This document shows, piece by piece, positions 34,608 to 44,270 of a stretch of 51,579 nucleotides of DNA. The stretch comes from a virus (Duplodnaviria; Caudoviricetes). The notes below the pieces were generated by a model that saw only the letters and a program-made list of their open reading frames with translations, was not told where the DNA came from and made no database searches. Position 1 is the stretch's first letter. Every line of letters begins with the position of its first letter. The DNA is taken from positions 1 through 51,579 of IMG/VR virus record IMGVR_UViG_3300032047_000023; one strand, 5' to 3'. A program made the translations under genes and the position numbers.

Positions 34608-36356
34608 ATGAGTATTAAAAACCACCAAGGACCAAGCCTAGGGATATCAGAAGAAATACATGCAATGAAATATCGCTCTAAAGGTGAAAGTTTCAGAGAA
34701 GCTATGTCAAGGGTAGCTGACTCACTTAAAGATAACGAAGATCATTACAACAACTTTAGAGACATATTGTTAGATCAACGCTTCTTACCTGCAGGTAGAG
34801 TACAATCTGCAATGGGTTCACCACGCAGAGTAACACCTTACAACTGTTTTGTATCAATGACTATTGAAGATAGTATGGAAGGTATTATGAAAGCAGCAAC
34901 AGAAGCTGCTAAGACTATGCAACTGGGTGGGGGTATAGGTTACGACTTCTCCACACTACGTCCACACGGAGCACTTATCAAGAGCCTAGACAGTCGTTCT
35001 AGCGGCCCTCTTAGCTTCATGGGTATCTTTGATGCATTATGTAAAACTATAAGCTCTGCAGGCCACCGTAGGGGCGCACAGATGGCAGTTTTAAGAGTCG
35101 ATCATCCAGATATTCAAGAATACATCAAAGCTAAAAACAACAGCACTAGTTTAACTCAGTTTAATATGTCTGTTGGTGTTACTGATGATTTTATGCAAGC
35201 AGTTAAAGATGATGCTGACTTTGATCTAGTGTTTGATGGAAGAGTATATAGCACTATAAGAGCTAAAGCTTTGTGGGATGACATCTTACGTTCTACATGG
35301 GACTGGGCTGAACCGGGTATCTTGTTTATTGATCGTATCAATCGTAAGAACAACTTACATTATTGTGAGTATATAGCAGCCACGAATCCTTGCGGAGAAC
35401 AACCTTTGCCACCTAATGGTGCATGTTTATTAGGTTCATTTAACTTAACACAGTATGTTGAGAAAAACATTGACTCTAGTTTTAGTTTTAACTTAGAGAA
35501 ACTAAAGCATGATATTCCACACGTCGTACGAGCAATGGATAATGTAGTAGATAGAGCTACATACCCTTTACCAGCTCAACAGCTGGAAGCTCAGAGTAAG
35601 AGACGTATGGGTCTAGGTGTAACTGGTGTAGCTAATGCTCTTGAAGCACTTGGCAACCCTTACGGTTCAGAAGGATTCTTAAATGATCTAGAAGAAATAA
35701 TGCAAGTTATTAGAGATACATGTTACAAAACATCAATAAGCCTTGCTGTAGAAAAGGGACCCTTTCCATTATTCGAAAAGGAATATTTAAATAGTGAATT
35801 TGCTAAAACATTACCTACAGATATTCGTGACGACATTGATCGTTTCGGCATCCGTAATAGCCATCTCTTGTCTGTCGCTCCTACTGGTACTATCAGTCTT
35901 TCAGCTGATAATGTCAGCTCTGGTATAGAACCAGTATTTTCTCACTTCTATGATAGAACCATACAAACCTTTGATGGCCCAATCATTGAACGTGTCGAAG
36001 ACTACGGCTACCGAGTATTTGGTGTAAAGGGTGAGACTGCTGATTCACTATCAGTGTTCGATCACGTTAAGGTTCTTAACCTAGCATCTAAGTATGTAGA
36101 TAGTGCTTGTTCTAAGACTTGTAATGTTGGAGATGATGTTACTTGGGAACAGTTCAAGGATGTATACATGGCTGCTTATGATGGTGGTTCATCAGGTTGT
36201 ACTACCTTCCGTGCCAGTGGAAAGCGTTTCGGAATTTTAAATGCAGCTGCAACAGAAGACGTTGTAGTAGAGCCAGAAGTAGAGGAAGATAACTTCATTG
36301 ACGAAGGTGGAGCTTGTTATTTTGATCCTGCTACAGGTCTTCGTACTTGCGAATAA
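34608..36356 (+). CDS. nrdJ: Class II (cobalamin-dependent) ribonucleotide reductase
   Basis: YNCFV, RRGAQM, TNPCGEQPL, APTGTIS; C-terminal Cys pair; no small-subunit gene nearby. Confidence 0.88.
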   Translation: MSIKNHQGPSLGISEEIHAMKYRSKGESFREAMSRVADSLKDNEDHYNNFRDILLDQRFLPAGRVQSAMGSPRRVTPYNCFVSMTIEDSMEGIMKAATEAAKTMQLGGGIGYDFSTLRPHGALIKSLDSRSSGPLSFMGIFDALCKTISSAGHRRGAQMAVLRVDHPDIQEYIKAKNNSTSLTQFNMSVGVTDDFMQAVKDDADFDLVFDGRVYSTIRAKALWDDILRSTWDWAEPGILFIDRINRKNNLHYCEYIAATNPCGEQPLPPNGACLLGSFNLTQYVEKNIDSSFSFNLEKLKHDIPHVVRAMDNVVDRATYPLPAQQLEAQSKRRMGLGVTGVANALEALGNPYGSEGFLNDLEEIMQVIRDTCYKTSISLAVEKGPFPLFEKEYLNSEFAKTLPTDIRDDIDRFGIRNSHLLSVAPTGTISLSADNVSSGIEPVFSHFYDRTIQTFDGPIIERVEDYGYRVFGVKGETADSLSVFDHVKVLNLASKYVDSACSKTCNVGDDVTWEQFKDVYMAAYDGGSSGCTTFRASGKRFGILNAAATEDVVVEPEVEEDNFIDEGGACYFDPATGLRTCE

Positions 36357-36358
36357 CC

Positions 36359-36416
36359 TTGACAACAACACTATAAGTATGATACTATTAGGGAGTGACT
36401 TAGGTTGCTCCCTTTT
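36359..36416 (+). terminator. Promoter firing into an intrinsic terminator hairpin
   Basis: TTGACA-18nt-TACTAT (36359-36388), then AGGGAGTGAC-TTAG-GTTGCTCCCT-TTT (36390-36416). Confidence 0.65.
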
Positions 36417-36434
36417 CATTTAACAGGAAAGATT

Positions 36435-37139
36435 ATGACCCAACAAAAACCAAAAACTAAAAGTAAAAAACGAGAGACTAAATACAAAGGTGCTAATAAT
36501 AAACGTACTTCTGGTATTCTACCTAAGAATGAAAATCAAAAGCTACTTATTGATTCTATAAAGTCGTCATGCCAAGTTATTGTATTTGGACCTGCAGGTA
36601 CAGGTAAGACTTATGTAACAACTACGATGGCGGCTGACCTGTATATTAAAAAAGATATAGATAAAATTGTTATTACTCGTCCTATGGTTTCTGTTGGAAG
36701 AGAAATAGGTATTCTTCCAGGAGACTTGGGAGAAAAAGTAGCTCCTTGGGGTTTACCAGTTATTGATGTATTAATCAAACACCTAGGACGAGGTGCTGTT
36801 GAGACAGGTATAAAGAACGGTAATATTGACATGGCTCCTCTTGCTATGATGCGAGGACGTTCATTCGACAACGCTTTTATCATATGTGATGAAGCTCAGA
36901 ATATAACTACACATGAACTAAAAATGCTACTCACTAGGGTAGGGGAGGGTTCTACTATAGTACTCAATGGGGATATACAGCAGACTGATCTTAAAGATGG
37001 CGATGGTTTAACTAAGATAACCCACCTAGCTAAGAAACATAGCTTACCAGTGCCTATCGTTGAGTTTTCATTGGACGATATTGTACGATCAGATATTTGT
37101 GCAAGTTGGGTTAGAGTATTTTACAAAGAGGGTTTATAA
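36435..37139 (+). CDS. phoH: PhoH-family ATPase; start re-called at ATG 36435
   Basis: GPAGTGKT, LPGDL, MRGRSF, DEAQN, GDIQQTD, DIVRS motifs. Confidence 0.95.
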   Translation: MTQQKPKTKSKKRETKYKGANNKRTSGILPKNENQKLLIDSIKSSCQVIVFGPAGTGKTYVTTTMAADLYIKKDIDKIVITRPMVSVGREIGILPGDLGEKVAPWGLPVIDVLIKHLGRGAVETGIKNGNIDMAPLAMMRGRSFDNAFIICDEAQNITTHELKMLLTRVGEGSTIVLNGDIQQTDLKDGDGLTKITHLAKKHSLPVPIVEFSLDDIVRSDICASWVRVFYKEGL

Positions 37140-37471
37140 TGGCTCCAGATTGTTCATGGTGTGGAGATAGCACACTTAAAGGTTTTAAATGTAAAGTTTG
37201 CGGAGGCAAAAATATGGCTAAAAAGAAAAAGAATGAAGAGATAGTGAGAGAACCACAACACTACTCACGTTGGGTAATAGAACCCATTGAATTTATAATG
37301 CGTAACAAGTTTGAGTTTTGGAGAGGTAACATAATAAAGTATGTTGTTAGAGCAGGGTTTAAATCGTATGAAGGTAAAGACTCTACTGAGTCAGAGATTA
37401 TAGATTTACAAAAAGTAATAAGATATTCAGAAATGCGTATAAACCATTTAAAGGGTAAGGATAAGTTATGA
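37139..37471 (+). CDS. DUF3310-like protein
   Basis: PQHY..IEPIEFI..FWRGNIIKYVVRAG..DLQK. Confidence 0.8.
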   Translation: MAPDCSWCGDSTLKGFKCKVCGGKNMAKKKKNEEIVREPQHYSRWVIEPIEFIMRNKFEFWRGNIIKYVVRAGFKSYEGKDSTESEIIDLQKVIRYSEMRINHLKGKDKL

Positions 37472-38112
37472 AGTATGTAGTGATAATTATATTAATATCA
37501 TTAGCTTTAACTGTAGGTGTGCCTATGACAGCACATTCAGCTGATATTACTCACAGTGATTCTCAGATAACTCTTGAGGGTAAGATTAAAAATGATGACT
37601 ACAAAGAGTTACAGAGAGTTGTAGATAGAACAGGTATAAAGTCTATACGGCTTAACTCTGACGGAGGAGCTGCTATAGAAGGCTATCAAATAGGCTATAC
37701 TATACGTAAAAACAAGATGAGCACTGTAGTCAAAAAAGGAGATAGATGTCTCAGTGCCTGTGCTGTCGCTTACTTAGGTGGTACAAACAAGTACAACTAC
37801 GGTATATTAGGTTTTCATGTAGCTTGGGCGCAACAGTCAGGAAGAGACTTTAATGAAGGCATGAGAGCAGGTCAACTCTTTGGTTCTATAGATTCTATCT
37901 ACTCTTTTAATATGGGTTACACAGCTCAACTTAACTTTATTATATCTCAGATAACTAGTAAGAAAGACTTTCTTGTACTAAGTTTAGATGATCTAAAACT
38001 ATTTGAAATGGAAGATAAAGAATACACAAGTTTTAAAACACTACCTAAAAACTGGATGTCTGACAGGCTTTATAACCCACTTAGACTTCACTTACTAACA
38101 GGAGGTCGATAA
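37468..38112 (+). CDS. Exported ClpP/crotonase-fold protein (COG3904-like)
   Basis: Signal peptide ending AHSA; LNSDGG, CLSACA and LGFH motifs. Confidence 0.75.
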   Translation: MKYVVIIILISLALTVGVPMTAHSADITHSDSQITLEGKIKNDDYKELQRVVDRTGIKSIRLNSDGGAAIEGYQIGYTIRKNKMSTVVKKGDRCLSACAVAYLGGTNKYNYGILGFHVAWAQQSGRDFNEGMRAGQLFGSIDSIYSFNMGYTAQLNFIISQITSKKDFLVLSLDDLKLFEMEDKEYTSFKTLPKNWMSDRLYNPLRLHLLTGGR

Positions 38113-38522
38113 TGAATAAATGGAAATGGTGGTTCGTCACTAACTCAGGCATATTAGCTCTAATTATAGGTCACATTAAGTTTGATCTATTTAATAAACT
38201 ATTAACATCAGATAGTACATATCTTACTTTTTTTATAATAGGCATTTCTCTTGCAACATCAGCATCTATGTTTTTCAAAAGGACTGATATGCATTGGTTT
38301 GCATCAGACGCAGTTTTATCTATAGGTATGGTAGGAACTTTATTCGGTTTTCTTATGGTATTAGGTCAAAGCTTTACAGACATAGACACAAGCTCAGTAG
38401 AGAGTATGACAGATGCTATAGGTCTATTGGCTACTGGAATGTCTACAGCCCTTATAACGTCTCTTGTAGGTCTCATAGCCTCTTTATGGTTAAAGCTACA
38501 GCTAGTTATACTAGGAGATTAA
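38112..38522 (+). CDS. MotA/TolQ/ExbB proton-channel family protein
   Basis: Four hydrophobic helices; IGMVGTLFGF...LATGMSTALITSLVGL signature. Confidence 0.85.
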   Translation: MNKWKWWFVTNSGILALIIGHIKFDLFNKLLTSDSTYLTFFIIGISLATSASMFFKRTDMHWFASDAVLSIGMVGTLFGFLMVLGQSFTDIDTSSVESMTDAIGLLATGMSTALITSLVGLIASLWLKLQLVILGD

Positions 38523-38523
38523 T

Positions 38524-39162
38524 ATGAGAAAGTATAATAGTAATCTAGCTTTTGTTGACTTACTTTTTAATTTACTCATTGGGTTTACTAGTCTGTTTGT
38601 TATTTCATTTTTACTAATAAATCCAATATCTAAAAAGGGAGTAGTTGACCCACCTGTAAAAGTAATGTTTGAAATATCGTGGGATGACAAAAGCTACCAT
38701 GATATAGACTTATATTTAAAAGGACCTGATAATCAAGTTGTATATTATGCTAACAAAACTAATGGGTATATAACTTTAAAAAGGGATGATTTAGGTTTCC
38801 AGACAGATACATATGAGATTAATGGAAAAGTAGAAATAGTAGAACGTAATTATGAGATTACTACTATGTCGAGTTTACCTGACGGAGACTATATAGTCAA
38901 TGTTCATTTTTATGCAAGAGGTAAAAGAAGACCTACTGACCCTGTTAATATCAAAGTAACTGATCTTGAGCAAGAGGTTTTTGTACGAGTAACAAGTATA
39001 CAACCTTTCAAGATACTTGCTGATACATCTACAATACTTAAATACTTTCAAGAACGAACTATACTTGTTTTTAAAGTATTAGATGGTAAAATTGTAGAAG
39101 TCAGAGATGATATACAAGTCAGATTAAGAAAGAAACATGCAGGACAGGGAGGTGGGTTCTAA
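38524..39162 (+). CDS. ExbD/TolR/MotB-like single-TM partner with a periplasmic beta domain
   Basis: NLAFVDLLFNLLIGF TM with intramembrane Asp; ISWDD..DIDLYLKGPD (YfaP-like) domain. Confidence 0.7.
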   Translation: MRKYNSNLAFVDLLFNLLIGFTSLFVISFLLINPISKKGVVDPPVKVMFEISWDDKSYHDIDLYLKGPDNQVVYYANKTNGYITLKRDDLGFQTDTYEINGKVEIVERNYEITTMSSLPDGDYIVNVHFYARGKRRPTDPVNIKVTDLEQEVFVRVTSIQPFKILADTSTILKYFQERTILVFKVLDGKIVEVRDDIQVRLRKKHAGQGGGF

Positions 39163-39596
39163 TGACTAACATATATATAGTATATTTACTATTAAGCACT
39201 TTTGTAGTATTTTTAATGTTTTATTCTAGGTTAAATGTATTTATTAAAGCTTTAGCTTTATCAGCTACAATTCTTTTAGGTTTACTTACTCAAGCACATT
39301 ACATACTACAACTAGGTAAGCCTATAGAAAAGTACCCTGCAGATAAATTTGTGTATATACATCATATGTCCCAAGTAGATAAGATATACGTTTGGGTATG
39401 GACTGATGAAGCAGGTAATAGACTACATGTAATACCCTACAATCAGGACACAGCCAAGGAGTTACAAAAAGGTAAAGAAGAACAGCAAAGAGGTTCTACC
39501 CAAGAAGGTAAGTTTTCTAAAGTTAAAGACGGTTCCAACAACCCAGGTCTCATAATAGACACTTGGAAAGGACCAAAGAGTTTAAATAATAAATAA
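39162..39596 (+). CDS. Two-TM membrane protein
   Basis: Two N-terminal hydrophobic helices; LGKP and IYVWV motifs; TAATG coupling. Confidence 0.7.
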   Translation: MTNIYIVYLLLSTFVVFLMFYSRLNVFIKALALSATILLGLLTQAHYILQLGKPIEKYPADKFVYIHHMSQVDKIYVWVWTDEAGNRLHVIPYNQDTAKELQKGKEEQQRGSTQEGKFSKVKDGSNNPGLIIDTWKGPKSLNNK

Positions 39597-39607
39597 AGGA
39601 AGATATA

Positions 39608-40231
39608 GTGAATATATTAGAAATGGCTAAGAAAACTATAAAAGAAACAACTAAGGTTACAACAAAGGAGGCTAAACCAGAGCCTGCAATGCTACCTCCT
39701 GGTTCTTACTTAAGAGAGCACGGTATGCTTATGCTAATAGATAAGTTTGATCAAGAAAAGATTATGCCTCTAGTAGCTGCTATATATGAATACAATTTAA
39801 TGCCAGAGGATTTAAGACCAGATCAAATTACATTGGTAATCAATAGCCCAGGGGGTTCAGTACACTCAGCCTTTCACCTTATTGATGCAATAAAGATGTC
39901 AGAAATACCTGTAGTAACAATAGGTAAGGGTCTGGTTGCCTCTTGTGGAGTACTAACTATAATGGCAGGTAGTCGTCGACTATTAACACACAACACGTCT
40001 GTTATGTCACATCAGTACTCATGGGGTTCTAAAGGAAAAGAACATGAACTACATGCAATGATTAAAGAGTTTGATTTAGCAGGTGATCGTATGATCAATC
40101 ACTACAAGAAGTGTACTAAAAAGTCAGAGAAGTATATTCGTAAGAATCTATTACATCCTACTGATGAATGGCTTACTCCAGAGGAGTGTGTTAAACATGG
40201 TATTGTTGACGAAATAGTTAACACATATTAG
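39608..40231 (+). CDS. clpP: ClpP-like serine protease
   Basis: INSPGGSV; catalytic Ser (VASCG), His (MSHQ) and Asp (TDEWL); GIVDEI. Confidence 0.88.
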   Translation: MNILEMAKKTIKETTKVTTKEAKPEPAMLPPGSYLREHGMLMLIDKFDQEKIMPLVAAIYEYNLMPEDLRPDQITLVINSPGGSVHSAFHLIDAIKMSEIPVVTIGKGLVASCGVLTIMAGSRRLLTHNTSVMSHQYSWGSKGKEHELHAMIKEFDLAGDRMINHYKKCTKKSEKYIRKNLLHPTDEWLTPEECVKHGIVDEIVNTY

Positions 40232-40234
40232 ACC

Positions 40235-40263
40235 TTGACAAAAGGGTGTTCTTATGATACACT
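40235..40263 (+). promoter_or_regulatory. Sigma70-type promoter overlapping a hairpin
   Basis: TTGACA-17nt-TACACT; AAGGGTGT..ACACTCCCTT stem. Confidence 0.65.
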
Positions 40264-40286
40264 CCCTTATATTCAATTAAAGGAAT

Positions 40287-40529
40287 ATGTTGATGACTAC
40301 CAAACGCAAAAAGCCCCCTGCTCCTAGTCTGGAACAAGAGGCTAAAGCCTTTATTAAATCTAAAGAAACAACCACTGTGAATGTTCCTAAGAGTCTCTCC
40401 TCTCATAAAGAACAACTAGCAGCTTCAGTCCTAGCTGGACTGCTAGGTTCCAGTGGAGGTAATCGAGCAGAAGAACTCGTACAAGAAGCATACAGGTATG
40501 TGGACCTTTTGCTTCAATATAAAAAGTAA
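40287..40529 (+). CDS. Hypothetical protein, last gene of the + arm
   Basis: AAGGA RBS; LAASVLAGLL..AYRYVDLLL motif. Confidence 0.65.
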   Translation: MLMTTKRKKPPAPSLEQEAKAFIKSKETTTVNVPKSLSSHKEQLAASVLAGLLGSSGGNRAEELVQEAYRYVDLLLQYKK

Positions 40530-40537
40530 ACAAACTT

Positions 40538-40576
40538 AACCCCCTTCAGTTTAATTACTGTTGGGGGTTTTTCTTT
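40538..40576. terminator. Terminator between the converging arms, probably bidirectional
   Basis: AACCCCC-TT-CAGT-TTAATT-ACTG-TT-GGGGGTT, followed by a T-run and preceded by an A-rich tract. Confidence 0.8.
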
Positions 40577-40578
40577 GT

Positions 40579-43500
40579 CTAGAACATTGTTGGGTCTATT
40601 CTCATACGTTTAATTGTATCAGCAGTTTTTAACTGTGAATCTATTAACATCAACTGACCTTCACTAAGGTCACCCATGTTATCGCCTAACTCTAAATCAG
40701 ACATAGCCTTTTTAATATCATCAGCAGAATATTTAGAAACTAGGTCATACTGACTACGTAATGTTGTGCCTGTTCCGTCATATCTCGTTACTAATCGAAG
40801 TTTAGTTAATTCCTTAACTTCTTTCATTTTATCTTTCCATATTATGCGTAGTTCATCTTGTGGTAGACTACGGAACTTCATACTTTCCATCTTTTTAGTA
40901 GACCATTCCTCTATAGACTGATACATCTGGCGTTGATATTCATTAACAGCCTCCGGTATCATTCTCTTTTTGTCTTTAGACAAAGGAGCATTAATCTTCC
41001 ACTGGTCTAATCCCATTAAGTTCATAACACGTTGTGTGTTTGTTAACTCTACAGTTCTAACACCTACGTTTTTAGCAGACTGTTGTTTAGTTTCACCTGC
41101 TGCTGAAGATTGTTTAGTTGGCATATTCTCACCAGTAGTCAAGAAGTCAGTGAAAGAATCAACGTATTTAAATGACTCAGCGATAGTTCTATTTAGTCTA
41201 CTTTCTATCTGCTTTAAGTCTTTAGGGCTTTGGTCTATATCCATAATTAAACCAAATGCAGTATCAATAGGCTCTAGAGGTCTAACAAAACCAGATATAG
41301 CTTGTGCAGATATTTCTGTTACAACATTTAAACCTTCATCGTAAGCGTTATCTATCTCACCTTTAAGAATAGCCATAGTGAAGTCAGCAATCTCACCAGT
41401 AGTCTTAGTGAGGTTACGTGTAAGCCCACCTCCACCAAAGTCTTTACCAATTTGTGCTAGTATTTCTTCTGGAACTTCTTCACCTGCCATGTGGTAAGAT
41501 ACTACACGGGCAGCTGCTTTGAATAAGGAGATAGGATAATCATACTGTTGTGATACAACTTGACCATCTATTATGTTATCATATAATCCTAGTCCTGCCT
41601 TACGGTTTTCTTGTTCGTCTTGAGCCATTGTGTATATTAAACCAGTAACCACAGCACCTCTTGCCGCTAGTTCCTCTATAGGCACATCGTTATACTTACC
41701 ACTAATCTTTTTAACTGCTATATTAAGTACTGGTGTATTTTTAATACCAAAGTCTATAGTGTTGTTAAAGAACCTACCAAACGGAACCATGAAACCAAGA
41801 CCTGGGATGTTACGTGCATCTTCTACGAAACCTGCAAGCTCACCTAGTTTAGTACGGTTCTTGTATGACTTAGAGAATGTATTTTCCATAGTTTTAGCTA
41901 CAGCATCTATTTCCATTTGTTTGTATTCTTTAGTAGCCATGATCTTAACAGCTTCTGGGCTAGTGTAGAACTCATTCCAACTCTTACCAAACTTAAGTCT
42001 TAGTTGCTTGTTCATTTGACCTATATACTCTTGAGACTTAGTATAAGCATCTTGAGCATTAACAAACGTAGCTCTTTGTACAGCATTGATAACAGTATCT
42101 GATTTGTCTTGTAAGAAAGCACCTTTACCTAACGAAGCCATTTGCTCCGTAGTGTTACTGATCTCAACACCACCAGACAATGTACGATTAAGCTTGTCTA
42201 AAGCACCCGTGTTATTTTGCAGTGCACTCTTATAAGCTGCATATGTCATATCATTATCAAACGCAAACTTAACACGATCTTTAGCAGATAATAATAATTG
42301 TTTAGCTACAAAAGTATTCTTAGCACCTGCATCTGCAAAGCCTAACACTGACTGCAGTGTTCCCCTACCACCTTTAAATAAAGCTAGTGTTACATCAGTA
42401 GATATATCTAAACCTGCTGCTGCTCCATAACCTAGTACGTTTAAGATAGAAGTAGAAGGATGAGACACTAGTGATCTAATAAATTTGTTTTGAAGCTCAG
42501 ATATGTTAGATGCAACAGCACCTCTTGGTTTAAACTTATCTTTCTGTAGTACAATATCATCCATAAGATTTAAGTCTAGAGCTTCTTTCATAAAGCTGTC
42601 CATATCTAAATCTTCTACGTTAACATCTAGTCTCTTAGCAACCTGCATAACACTATTCATACTACGAGCACTTGCGTTCATTCTAGAGGCAAAAGCATCA
42701 CCAAATGTTTCTGGTGTAATCTTAGTATTCTTGCGTTTAGCTTTACCGCCAAATGCTTTCATAATACCATCAATATCAGTTTGATCTAGCTCTTCTTTCA
42801 TAAAGTCAGCTATCCAGTTTGATATCTTATCGTCATCAGTACGCTTGCTAAATAAGTAGCCACCCTCTTGCATGATCTGCGCGAGACCCTTAAGGTTGTT
42901 TTCACCTTCGCCTTTATATATACCTAGTAGTACATCAATAAAGAAGTCAGTATCACCTTTAGTGATATCGTCTCCTGACTTAACCTTCTGTAACCAAGTA
43001 GTTGTACCTTCTGGTTCTTTTTCTACAAAAGACTTGATAGCATCTTGCATTTCTTTAGCTATCTGTTTAGGGGATACCTTTTTTACAGTCTCAGTAATAA
43101 GGGCTGTGTCAGATGTACCACGTTTAAGTACTACACCTGCTTGTACTGTACCCATAGCCATAGCTGACAAAGCAGCAATACCAACAGCAGTTGTACTAAT
43201 TTCTTCCTGTACGTCAGTGTCGACTAATGCACGTTGATATAGGTACTCAAAACCACCATTTGTAGCTGCATCAAACGCTGTTACAGTAGCTATCTCTTTA
43301 AGTGCTCCTTTATTAAGTACTTTCTTTAGACCTTTGTTAGCCACCATCTTAGCAGAAAACTCAGCTACTTCTTTAGTAGTATTAACAGTAGCTACTTTAG
43401 CGGCTGATTTAAGAACTTTAGTACCTGCTTTAGCAGCTATTTCTTTAGAAGCACCTGCCATTAGTTGCTTAGTTACTTCTTTCATAGCTAACTTCTCAGC

Positions 43501-44259
43501 AGTCATAACAGAAGTTTTTACTGCAGTACCACCTACAGCTTTGCCTATAAACCCACCTACCAAGTTCACAGGATCGAGTATAACAGAACCTACGTAGTCT
43601 TTAATACCTTCTCCAAATTCACTCCAAGTAACACCTTCACCAGTTAAGCCTTCCATCTTTTCAAAGATAGAGTATGCTTTACCTGCCATTAGTAGTTTCT
43701 CAGGGTCCTTCTTAGCATCCATTAGCCAATCAACTTCGGCTATAGCTTTAATAGAATTACCTGCAGATACTCCTCGTCTATTGTTAAGGAATGTATCTAC
43801 AATTTCTTCTCTACTCTTATTCTCAACAGCTTGTATACCATACCTAGCTTTAACAAAGTCGTTGATAGGATTAAAGAGTTCATCACGCTCAGACATATCA
43901 TCTTGTGAATATGTAAAAGCTTCAACACCTTTAGGTAGTTTAACCAGTCCGTCCTCGTCCAGCAGACTGTTTGATTCAATAGTTTCAATAGTAGAAGTTT
44001 TTTGAACATCTACTTCTCGCATCCATGAAGGAAGCTCTGTGAGACCCTTTTCTTCCTCTTCAACTACTCTCATCCATGAAGGAAGCTCATCGCTCTCCTC
44101 GGCTTCTACAGGGGCTTCTGGAGCTACTTCTGGCTCCTCATCTACTAGTCTCATCCACGTAGGTACTTCTAAATCTGTACTAGGTGAGAATACTGGTTTA
44201 TTTAATCTTTCAAGACGATCTTGTGCTGTCTCTAACCCAACAGGTGCTCTTGCCGGCAT
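40579..44259 (-). CDS. Large internal virion (DNA ejection) protein
   Basis: 1226 aa, helical; last gene of the structural arm (position of T7 gp16 analogues). Confidence 0.7.
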   Translation of the reverse strand: MPARAPVGLETAQDRLERLNKPVFSPSTDLEVPTWMRLVDEEPEVAPEAPVEAEESDELPSWMRVVEEEEKGLTELPSWMREVDVQKTSTIETIESNSLLDEDGLVKLPKGVEAFTYSQDDMSERDELFNPINDFVKARYGIQAVENKSREEIVDTFLNNRRGVSAGNSIKAIAEVDWLMDAKKDPEKLLMAGKAYSIFEKMEGLTGEGVTWSEFGEGIKDYVGSVILDPVNLVGGFIGKAVGGTAVKTSVMTAEKLAMKEVTKQLMAGASKEIAAKAGTKVLKSAAKVATVNTTKEVAEFSAKMVANKGLKKVLNKGALKEIATVTAFDAATNGGFEYLYQRALVDTDVQEEISTTAVGIAALSAMAMGTVQAGVVLKRGTSDTALITETVKKVSPKQIAKEMQDAIKSFVEKEPEGTTTWLQKVKSGDDITKGDTDFFIDVLLGIYKGEGENNLKGLAQIMQEGGYLFSKRTDDDKISNWIADFMKEELDQTDIDGIMKAFGGKAKRKNTKITPETFGDAFASRMNASARSMNSVMQVAKRLDVNVEDLDMDSFMKEALDLNLMDDIVLQKDKFKPRGAVASNISELQNKFIRSLVSHPSTSILNVLGYGAAAGLDISTDVTLALFKGGRGTLQSVLGFADAGAKNTFVAKQLLLSAKDRVKFAFDNDMTYAAYKSALQNNTGALDKLNRTLSGGVEISNTTEQMASLGKGAFLQDKSDTVINAVQRATFVNAQDAYTKSQEYIGQMNKQLRLKFGKSWNEFYTSPEAVKIMATKEYKQMEIDAVAKTMENTFSKSYKNRTKLGELAGFVEDARNIPGLGFMVPFGRFFNNTIDFGIKNTPVLNIAVKKISGKYNDVPIEELAARGAVVTGLIYTMAQDEQENRKAGLGLYDNIIDGQVVSQQYDYPISLFKAAARVVSYHMAGEEVPEEILAQIGKDFGGGGLTRNLTKTTGEIADFTMAILKGEIDNAYDEGLNVVTEISAQAISGFVRPLEPIDTAFGLIMDIDQSPKDLKQIESRLNRTIAESFKYVDSFTDFLTTGENMPTKQSSAAGETKQQSAKNVGVRTVELTNTQRVMNLMGLDQWKINAPLSKDKKRMIPEAVNEYQRQMYQSIEEWSTKKMESMKFRSLPQDELRIIWKDKMKEVKELTKLRLVTRYDGTGTTLRSQYDLVSKYSADDIKKAMSDLELGDNMGDLSEGQLMLIDSQLKTADTIKRMRIDPTMF

Positions 44260-44270
44260 ACTTTATTCCT

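Noticed and set aside
29116-36356. Introns or inteins in polA, nrdJ or neighbours
   Set aside because: ORFs are continuous and of compact expected size, with no visible insertion or splice motifs
38112-39162. Zorya defence system
   Set aside because: The MotA-like protein lacks the long ZorA tail, the partner lacks an OmpA-like domain, and no ZorC/D/E genes are present
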